In this document: positions 53,401-64,000 of the stretch, piece after piece
How positions within the stretch are numbered: position 1 is the stretch's first letter
How the letters are laid out: every line of letters begins with the position of its first letter
DNA from: Balanoglossus misakiensis
Taxonomy: Eukaryota > Animalia > Hemichordata
Assembly: GCA_040954595.2 (NCBI GenBank)
Contig: CM082583.2
Span: 7,438,849-7,502,848, forward strand
DNA: 64,000 nt
Reading direction: 5' to 3'
The notes under the pieces: model-generated
The model's database searches: none
What the model was told of the DNA's origin: nothing
Seen by the model: only the letters and a program-made list of their open reading frames with translations
Program-made: the position numbers and the translations under genes

Positions 53401-56400
53401 AGTCTGACCACGTGTCAGCGACTTCATTATCTTCTCCTGTGCAGCTCTGTAAATTGATTTTACATGGAATGGAAAAGAATGTTAGTATGAAGAGAGTCTA
53501 TAGAAATGATCATTTGTGAACTCCCCGCGCGAACAGTCGCAAAATCAAATCAAATAACGCTTGTTTTTTCACCACCGAGTCCCATTGCACTCTTTGCTGA
53601 AATATTACTTTTGCTGGCGAAACCTTCTTTGCTTTCTTCACGGCAATGGAATCGTCGCAAACCACGACCTCTTTACGGCAACAGTCTTAGATCCTGGCTC
53701 GCGAGAATGGGCAGTGGAGGAAAGCACGCAAAAAGGCACAAAAACGTGCAAATTTACCGGGATTTGTCCAACATGGCGGCATTCCACGCCGGGTCTATAC
53801 CACTTCCAATGTTCTGCAGTTGTTCCAGTATAACACGGGAACTTTCTGAGTCGATGACGGCATCGGAATCGGAGCTATAGATGGCAACAACCTCCTCTAT
53901 GACCGTCAAAAAATCGTCTGTAGCGTGACACAACAGAAAAATGTTATTTTCGATATCAAGTTCATATCATGGCTATCGTCGCTGCTGTGGGGCTTATTTT
54001 AATTACACAAAACTTACCCTGTGAACTGAGAGCCATGTCTTCCGTTATGAACTGGCTGATTTGGTCAATTAAAAGTCTTGCATCGTCCTTGCTTGGCACC
54101 GAACTACTGAGGACGTTCTGGATCAGAGACAGTCTGTTCGCTTCGTCTTCCGACGTCGTGTCAGCGAATGAGCGCTTGCGACGGCGCCTTCTGGAGTCAG
54201 ATGTCTTCTGGAACAACATGTTTGTGTTCACCAATGCTTCCAAGAAAGCACCTACGGATTACACGAGAGGAAGGGGTGAGTGAGACAAGTATGGCTGATA
54301 TTTATTTAGCATGGGTGTGATCATTTAGGTTAACAGTACATATAACAGAAAAGGCGTTCTTTTCCAGGCAGAGTTATTAACAAACTGCTGTGCGCGACAC
54401 TCTTTTATTGTCTAAACTAACGTCGCCATGATGGAGAGTCACAAGTCTAAAAGCGAATAGATGGCGTAACTCAGAGTAATGGTTTAATCGATTCGTCTGT
54501 TTTGCCCTCATTCAGAAATGCAATTGTCTGTTGTGTACCGTGTCGTTGATCAACAGGTGGGATTGACCGCGTTTCAACAAAAGGTCAAATGACCCGAATG
54601 CAAATAGATTGCACCTGGCGAGTCTTAGTTACGGACCCGGGAAGAAGAAATCAATCGGCCTAGGGTCTGATTTCTTACATGTTGCAATTGGAATTATGAT
54701 CTGTTGGGTCACGTGAACTGTGCTTGGGGCCGAACTCTCTTACCTTGGAATTTGAGTGGATCGATCTGGTTGCTCATGAAGTCACTGACGTCAGCGGCAG
54801 TGAATGTTAGCTTAATAGTCACTTCAATCTCCACAGTGAATTGCGAACAGCTGTATTTGTCACATACCTGCAGAGAATTAAACAGAAGACCGAGTAAACC
54901 CTTTGGCGCTGCAGGCAATATCAGGTGGAAACCCGCAGACTTTTCGCGTTAGACTGAGGCACATTTACCGCAAAAATCTGTCACAGTTTGATAATCGTTT
55001 CTGTTCCATGAATAACGTGTCTATGTGGGTGTGAGCATCTTACGTTTGAAATAAAAGTGTTGTTAGTCGATCCATCTCTGGCCGATTTCCCAACTCCAGA
55101 AGATGACGGTTCTGATCCCTTCTTAGTGACTGCTTCCAAATTGTTGTCGTCATCCTTGATGCGGAAGATCTGGTAGCTCAGCGGATACGCATCCTCGTCC
55201 GCGACACAGTTCTCTACCAGATAGCTTACCTGAATACACAAAAGAAAATACGCCATTTTCAGATTTTGGCCTCCAGGTTGTATTTTAATGCACTGCCACT
55301 CAACAGATGGCAGACAACGTTGGCCTTAGCACACCAGGGGGCAAATATTTCTACTTCTATAGGATTTTGCGATTCTCCTTACCTCTTCCAATTCAGTGTA
55401 AGAGGAAGCACCGCCAGCGACTGTAAAGTCACATGATGTCACGCCAGATCGAACGCTGAAGGTAACCTTGGAAACACTGGACTGTCCATCTTGATCTGTG
55501 GCTGTCACCTGGACGCTGTAGCTTGTTCCTTTCACCAATTGCCCTAGCGGAGAGCAAACATCGAACAGAGTATATTATTGATCACACTTTTTGCCGAATA
55601 GAGAAGGCTGGAAATGTAGTCGTGTTCAGAGTAGCTGAAATTCACTTACTGTCGGCCACAATCGACTCCGTTTCTTTGTAAACGTACCTGCTTTGATGAT
55701 GACGTTTGAGAAAGACATTGTTCCGTCCGAGTTGGTGTGAATTTTTGGAATTGCCACCAGACCACTTGTGTCACTGAAGTTGAAGTAGCCATAGCCGATG
55801 TCGGTGTCCACAGACTCGAAGACCACGGATATGAGGGGTACGGTGTGCTTGACCAGGGCTTTAATGGACACGACCTCGTCTTGCACCACTTTGTTACCTT
55901 CGCTCTTCTCAAGTTCAACGGACACCTTCAAGTAATAAGAAGTACGAATTTGCATTTGGCTGACTGTCGGCCCAAAGGAGCTGTGGTTTTCAAGTCAATT
56001 TGTGTTGAGGCCCTATCACAAAAACACTTGTTAGATAAGTTCAACTGTATACAAGAAAGGCACTTTTACCTGTGGCGGGTTACCGGAGACGGCTGAGATC
56101 CTAACACTGGCACTGGCAGTTCTGGTGAGTTTGGAGATGGTCAGAGTAAACTCGTATGTCTTGTCAGCTCCCATACTCATGGCATCGAAGGCCAATATGG
56201 CGGTGTTGGTGGATGAAGGGAAAACTTGACCTTGTTCGCCACTCTTGTAGGAATAACACGCCGCATTGTCGGTTACCTGTACAGGCGAACAAATATATTT
56301 GTAAGTTATTTGATTATTTCGTCAGATAAGTATTCTGAATATAGCCATAATTGGTAGGTGGTAACCATCGGTCATGACAGTGCATGGATACTGTCTATTG

Positions 56401-59400
56401 TCTCTCCACAGGTGATAATCTGCATAAATCTCGGGCACATACCCAGGAAACACACGGCACAAAATTGTATGCGCGCGAATAAAAACGACATGACGCATTA
56501 TCACCCTTACCTGCGTACAAGTCCATGAATAGGTCATGTCTACGGCTACGTTGTCAGGATCTTCGGAATATGACCCGTCTATTTCCAGATCGCCACTGTC
56601 TCTACCGACGGTCATCTCTGCGCTACCGCGGATAAGGGCGACGAGCGGTGTGCTGACGGTTGTGACTTGGATGGAGGCGGTTGCTACCTTGGTGGGTTCG
56701 CTGCTTTTGTAGACTTGGACGGTGAACGTAATCACTTCGTCTCCTGTTTATAAAAAAAATGATTGTTTAATAGTGCATCGAGGACTCCTGACATGACAGC
56801 AACTTAAGCAGTCGTGGATTGGACAAAAGTGCGGGTGACACCGAGCACGATGTGGCGTGCCGGGGGGGGGGGGTAGCTCGTCGACGTGTGAATGAGCGGG
56901 AAACTGACCTGGTAAACTGTTGGCGTCGACGTACAGCGACCTCTTGTACATGGTCTTCAAGTTCAGCGGAACTTCCGAGTTATCCACAGACCAGCTAAAC
57001 TCCGTGGTGCCTGGAGGAACGCACTCAGAGTAGAAGGTGACCTCTGCGGTGAGGTCAAAGCTGTAAAAATGATATTTATGTTAACTCTGTTAAGCGTTCC
57101 ATCATCATCATCATCACCGTCGTCTTCGTCATCTAATCACCACCGCAAGCAAACTTATTTTATTAAGCCTACGAACCTGTTAGAGACGCTGGCCGACGAA
57201 ACATCGACTCCTTTAGCAACTATCTTGACTTCAGGCAGGGCTATGGCCGATCGTTCCACGACATAGTATGCCACATCACTTTCACCAAGGAAGTTGGATA
57301 CAGTCAGCGAAAAGTTGTATGGTGTGTCTGCGTCTATGAGCGACCCATCGAGTTCCAAATCTGGACCTGAAAAAATGGAAAAGTGCGTGAAAATGGGGCT
57401 GAGAATGAAATGCACATGTAAATAAGAATGAACTGCTATCACGATGTGAAAAGGTAACAGAGTGCAAATTGGAATGTCTTACTATCCAGTCCGGAGAGAG
57501 CAGACGTGGCGTTGGTGGTATCACCATCACTTTCGACACCCCAGGTGTACGTCATAGCTCTAGCGCCACTACCGGTCGATCTGCGTCCACTGATGCGGAC
57601 ATCGCCGCAGCTTGGAATCTTGGGAGAACCGAAGAGGATGGCTGCCGGTTGCAGGGGTCGGTTGGGCCCGGAAACCGTCACGCTGCCGTTGGCTGACAGA
57701 GAAAACTGTTGATGGAACGTCTTCACTGCGTCTCTCCTTAGTGTTAGCACATCGTCTGGCAAAATAATGACATGTCTTTATTAAAGACGCACTTACAACT
57801 CATCACTGACATCATTAAAGTCTCTTTTATGAACTACATGTATATTCTTTTGGAAGAACATGCATTTGACAACAGAGGAAATTCACTCTCTCACATGTGG
57901 TATTGAGAACTTACTTGGTTCAACTAAAGTATCAGCCTTTCCGATGAGAATGATCAAAGTCTTCGGGTCACGGAAGAAACATGCCGATCCTACACCAATG
58001 AGGGCGCTGCTGTCGTCATCGAAGACGTCACTGCACGAACTGAATCGTTTGTATTGAACACCAGTGTCAAATGTAACCACGATGCCCGCACCTGTTAAGA
58101 AATGTGATTCGATAACCTTTATTATTGCAGAGAAGTGTGACTTTCTGAAAGGGGCATTATTAGCTGTATGGTCCGCCGTCTTTTCGCTAATCTCCCCATA
58201 GTTAATTCCATTAGAATATGCATCCTGGAGGATGTGATTATGTGCTTTACTGCACCAGAAAGACAACCGAATTCTTTTATTTCATGTTTTTGGATTGTTG
58301 CGAAAGAAAGTTTTTGTATCCCACTGCAGCTTGGTCACTCCATTGTTGTCGCTTTGGTTATTACGCAATACTCGAAAACAAAAGAAGACACCGTTATATT
58401 TGTCTATATATAGAAACCATTGGAGACGAGTTCTGTTGTAACACCTTCAATGGTGACATCATCCTTAATTATGGCATTCCGCCAGTGAAATGGCCCCTCT
58501 CACTTGCCCATTGGACTTACCATTGTCAGAGAACCGAGCGGATTCGAGGTTGGGAGCGCTTGCATAAGCCGTCATTATCCGAGGATCATCGTTGGTGTCG
58601 CCGAGTCCTGTGTGCCCATTGACCGTCGGCATGCCGTATACCCGGCACGAAGAGGACGGCGCTTCCAGTTCAAATTCCATCTGGTCATCCGAAATAAATT
58701 GTCCCTCGTATGTCCCTTGGCCACCGTCGATGTACTCTGGAACAAAACGGGTTGAACCGTCAAAGAATGGTTTGTGCGATTTGCTCGAATTTAAATTTCC
58801 CAATCGAAGCAAATCACTTTCGTTCATGGTTTCTGTATTGTTGTGTCTTACCTCCGCGAAGTACAAGTCTTGGGACGGCGTAGGACAAGTTCCTCATAGC
58901 GCTGAATGCGCCTGCGCTGGCTGTAACTGTGATGGTGATGGTTTCCAAATTGGAATCCAAAACTACCTCCACCGGGTTTATGTCAGTTATTGTGACATCT
59001 ATGAAGACAAATAATAACAAAATAACATTGGATGGGTTTTGTCATGTTCTGAAGACATCGAAATTAGTTCACTAACAATATAACACAAATTGAAGCAAAA
59101 ACAACATGTTCGAATCTGATTTTGACTTTCATTAATAAAACAGTTTATTCAATTGCTTCACTTACCTTCGTAGGTATACAGGCTGCCTCCGATGTCTGTA
59201 GGCAGGTCGCTGTCACGACGAATAGTTACTGTGTACTCATCTGTCGAAGGAAAAAGATTCAACAGAAGTCAGTGTTCTGTCAAACTGTAGAAAATATACC
59301 CTGGTCGAACGCAGAGAGAGTACCACTCGCGCCCAAGAGCAGACATATTGTATCGCGTTGATGTATTTGAGAAGTCAAGGCGGTACCTACCCATGTCTAA

Positions 59401-62400
59401 TTCTGGTGTCATGCAAGTTATGGTGGTACTATTGATGTATTCCACCATGTCTGTCTCGACTTTGGCGCCGTTACCATCTTCAAATATACAAGACAAGGCG
59501 GAGCCTTCAGTGAATCCAGCCCCTATGATGGTCACCTGTAAAGTGATGAAAGAGTAGTCCCTTTTAGCTAAAACTGTTTCAGTATCAGAGAATGATTAAG
59601 AGTATTCCACAGAAGATTTCTCTTGCAATTATTATCTGGTGATAGTGCTTGGGCTTTTATACCCTGAAGTATTGGCGATATACATTACTGGTAATGAATG
59701 TTTCTAATGGTACCAAGGAGAACCACTGCTATTTACCTCGAGTTCAGTCGCTGTGGGTACATAATTCGGGATGACCCAACCAACACCGACGCAATCAGTC
59801 CCACTGCCACCACACACACCGCAAGCATCATAAACCTTTCCGCTGAAAAAAGAGTACTTTGTTAAAACTAGATGAAGCAGATGTCGTGATGACCCTGTGT
59901 ATATAGACAAAGCATGAGCAACGCAAAAGTGTATTGCGCTATGTGACTTCAGGTTGATCAAGCCCATGTTTACGGGGGTCAAGTCGGTTGACAATTTTAA
60001 CATACCTGTTAGGAAGTCCGTCGCATCCCAAACACGAGGTCTCACTCACAGCATCCTCGCAGCCGCACGCGTGCTTGCCTTCATCGTCACCAAGACCTGT
60101 GTTGCCCCCAACACATGCGCCACAGTCGTTTATGTATGCTCTTTCGGAACCTGACATGAAAATAGATTTTGTGTGGGTGAACTGGATGAATGTGTAACTG
60201 TTTAGGTTGCAGCTTAATAAAATTAAAAGAATGCCATCTTTAAAGATAATTTAAGAATAGTTCTACAGATTTTATTTGGGTCATGATCCCATTGTTTTTA
60301 CGCTTAAATACGCTGAATTATTTTTTTAGATCGAACTTCACGTCCTTTTAAGGAAAATAATACCCGAAGTTCAGCTCGCGAAATACCTCGAACAATACGC
60401 GCGGTTGTTCACCTTACGGCGCAAAATGATGACGAGAATTTTATGTGTTGACATAAAATAAATATGGATTGCTATTGAAGAACACGGCGATCCACTGTCA
60501 CACAAATTCTCATTGTCTCTACTTGACATGGCATCGATTAACCAGATGGATCGATTGGCTTGAATAGCTCTGATGCCATCAGTAGGTGTAAGTGCCACTG
60601 GATGAAAGCTGTAACCACTATCAAATGAGACAAATCCACTCCCTTTCAGTAACTTTACCTCACACGTTATAAATCACAATACATTCACGATTTTTAAGGT
60701 GGCCACGCGTGTTACCCATACACTTTTAAAGCCACGTCACATTTATTATCAAAGGCAAAAGTGAGCCCCGTTCAATTCACCAAGTTCATAAAACCGTGTA
60801 CCCTAAATTATGCTGAAATTATTTTATTACAACACACTTAAGCCCCTAGACTTTGAGAAAAAGTCTGGATCAGTTCCGTTGAAAATTCGCCACAAGCAGG
60901 CCTGGTACACAACAGGTGCATACGTGTCGTAACCTATGATGATAGGCATTCCAGAGAGTGCAAGTATTTGGGACGCAAAGTGACAAGTGATCAATGCCCC
61001 AAGGAAACAGGTGCTACCGGACCCCGTCTCGCATTGTCCCAGGCTCGGCCACCCCACTCACGTCTGTTGATACAAGCCGTCTTCGCTTTTGTCCCGGCAA
61101 AGATTTTCAGTAATGTATCGCCTTGGAGCTAACGCATCCGTCCCTGTAAAGGCGGGGATTCTTTTGTGCGATGGTAGGAAACGTTCAACGACCCAGCTAA
61201 ACAGATCAATATTAGAATGCACCCTCCCTAGCAACCGTCTGAAGATACCGAGGCCACGGCGTAATCATTTGCTGACACTTTGCGCCAACAAAGTGACCTG
61301 TACATGTACATGGTTAACAACTGATTTGAAACTTGCACATTTGTCATCTATCTCAAACTGTAACATTCACGAGCATGCGTACGAATTACACGTTTCTCTG
61401 TCCGACAAGCGGGTGTTTTTTTTATTCAAAGTTGACCTGCACGATCAACTCCCTGCATGTGCTTTATTAGTTGAGCCAGCAAATATTGTATTTAAGGCCC
61501 ACGTGAACAGCAATGCACGTGTCAAGAATGCACGCGCTATGGAAAGGTCGAATTTAGTTCTCCCAATGGGAATGCAAGGAAATCGCCAGAAAACAAACTA
61601 AGGCATTTTCTATACTGTTATCATTTTAACTGAATGGAGAATCAAATCTGTATTCTAATGTAGCTATTTTTGGACGAGAACGGATCATTATCTGCATGAT
61701 CCTTATCCGCCAAGTTGTTGTCACATGTCTTTGTGAGCTATAATCTACCCATTGAACAGTTTCCTTTGAACGCCTGCTGTCAATGGATTCGAGTGTAATT
61801 CTTTATCCGAACGAATCGTTTCATGCAACGCAAAGACAAGCCCGGTTTCTTTGCATCAAACAGACAACAGAGCTCATAACCCCTATTCGTTACTGAATCA
61901 AATTTCACAACAGTGATCAATTAAGGTGGCACCATCCCCACAGATTAGAATGGCCTTACCTGGTTGCACGCATGTTCCAGAGCAGTCCATGTATTTACTA
62001 GCTGTGCTGTTTGTACCGGAAGAAGGCTCACAGTAGCCACAATCGTCTTCTATCCATCCGCCATCACAAATACCTCGGCAATCAAGTCGCCTGTCGTTGG
62101 CATCATCTGCTAGCCCGGTTTCTCCTCCTAATGCAAAACACAGTGGGACAGTGTGGTTTATTCATTTTTCAATGTTGTTCGGTCGGTTATGTCACAGACA
62201 TGACTTACAAAATTAATATTTCAATGTGACTGGTTTCTGCCTTGGAAAATTAGAGGCAATTTCAAATTAAAGCAATTGACATACTTACCAACGCATTCGC
62301 CGCATTCGTCGACAAACGCTGATCCATCGCACGTCCCATGGCAGTCCCAGGTGATGCGGTAATCCCGGTTTTTCTTGCACAGGCCACACTTATCCATGCC

Positions 62401-64000
62401 GAAACTATCACTCCGACCCGTTGTTCCGCCCACGCATTCATTGCAGTCGTTGGTGTAGGCCTCGCCATTGCACTGTCCGGCGCAATCCTCCGTAGCGTCG
62501 CCGTTGCACACGCCAGCACAGTCTTCACTGGCATCACCATTGCATTCATCAGCACAGTCGATGATTCCGAGACATATCTCTGTAATGGGAAAAGGAAAGG
62601 ACACATATACGAGTTATATGGAAATCAAAGATGTTGGGATGATCGCGGTGTTTCTTGCAAAGTCGACATTATTCCAACATTATGTAAAATTTAAAATAAG
62701 AGAAGCCAATGATGGTGTTACTAACCTACTTCTGAGGAAGAACTGATTTCGTAAAACGATGATTCTGATCTGTAATCGGACTGGTCATGTCCATCACTGG
62801 AGATTTCCAAATGCATGTCTGAAGACACAACACTGAGATGTACATCGCTGTGTTGGGTATTAAAAGAACCTGTAGATGACGGCAAATCGGATGGCGATAA
62901 GTCAATAATATCCTCACAATGCTCCATGAAACCATCCATGTTTTCATTTATAATCGTGTCGCAAGTGTCCCTGAACAGTTGTCCACCAATCATTTCCATG
63001 CCCAGTACTTCACCAACAGTGTCACAGAACAAGACAGCTCCATCATAGACACTGGCAGCATTCAAGATGTGACCAGCTACTTTAAGGATATCTTCATTAG
63101 ACAGACCAGGCAACATCATACCGGGTGTTTGGAATGGCTCTATGTATGAAAATGATTCAGGATCGAATGCATGAATGTCGACATCCAAACTTGCATTGGG
63201 ATCTGTTGCTGAAGCTATTGTTGCACATAACTCTGCAGGGGAATCAAATCCGAAGAACTGGAGATCCAGCAGTCCACTCAATTCATCGTTGATTCGGTCC
63301 AGCATTGGCGTACATATATCTGCATCATGCAAGCTTTCCATAGCTCGAGACTTCATGTGCGATATTAGATCATGGGCCAGAGCAGGATCGGCACCTTCAG
63401 CAGTTGCTTCTTTAACATCAATGCAAAGTTGGTCACTGTCATCATAGTCTCCGATGGCAGAGAAAACAACACCCATAATGTGGCCGAAGTCTGGTTCGTG
63501 TTCCTTGTCCATAATGTCTGAGGCGTGTTCAGATAGGGGATGATCTGAAAAGCTGTCTTTGCTGACACTACCCTCGCACAAGATGGCTCCAATATGTAAA
63601 TTGACTCCGATGACGCGGTGTAGGATTTTGTCGACATAGTCTTCTACTGAATGACGTCTGTTCGACAAAATATCAACAACTCCAGAGCAAATCTCATCGG
63701 GGTTGGTTACGTCAAAGTCTAATATGTCTGAGAAAGTGTTAGCCAAATTATGTGAGTACCAATCACCAATTTCATCACTTTGGAAATTTATTTCAGATTG
63801 CGGGATATGTGGATTAAAGTTGTCTACATCACTCCCAGGCCTAGCATTAGAATGCCACGACTCAAAATCGTCTGATTCCGAAGTATCATCATTGCTATGT
63901 TCACTGTCGTGTACATCAGAAGACCATGAGTCCATTTTTTGATGATAATCTTCACTTTCAGATGGAAGGAGGGATGGTTTGGAATCTTTATCTTGGTCCA
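50477..64000 (-). CDS. Paralog C (5' end outside window): PKD/REJ-like, GPS-containing single-pass membrane protein with acidic, Cys-containing non-repetitive N-terminal exon
   Basis: The reading frame is open from the window edge to a donor at 62726 (...SSSEV|G, the same junction as in A and B). Core exons checked match A/B: 62289-62579 (291), 58521-58736 (216), 57483-57755 (273), 57177-57366 (190), 55044-55229 (186), 54018-54251 (234, 3 extra codons), GPS exon 52615-52839 (225). Stalk exons 52162-52260 and 51391-51471; TM/tail exon 50477-51201 (IGVIIGAVVGVFVIAVFIAIVVFIVV). Confidence 0.85.

Noticed and set aside
60690-61935. Intronic segment bracketed by two ttaaggtggc motifs, possible TTAA-type element
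   Set aside because: The motifs are direct rather than inverted, and no coding remnant is recognisable.

Overview
Intron-rich animal genomic DNA; a marine invertebrate deuterostome is my inference, and the taxon cannot be proven from this window. All supported genes are on the minus strand. The left end holds a complete 5-exon RPS6 gene with a TCT/5'TOP-type start. The other ~60 kb is a head-to-tail array of three paralogous genes: A (25608->4095, 27 exons), B (45730->30303, 27 exons) and C (5'-truncated, >64000->50477). They encode large single-pass type I membrane proteins. All share a ~1390-aa core: Cys-rich DCxGxC repeats, two IPT/TIG-like domains, a PKD/REJ-like region, a furin site, and a polycystin-1-type two-cysteine GPS motif. 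A Ser/Thr stalk, one TM helix and a short tail follow. Each copy carries a very different large N-terminal exon joined at the same phase-1 junction: a 9-kb array of 18-aa Ser/Asp repeats (A), DSS-type plus Thr-rich mucin-like repeats (B), or a non-repetitive acidic Cys-containing region (C). The cores show patchwork gene conversion. A probable solo LTR and several microsatellites are also present. Exon models were built by hand from GT-AG junctions and paralog comparison; domain names come from motif recognition, not database searches.
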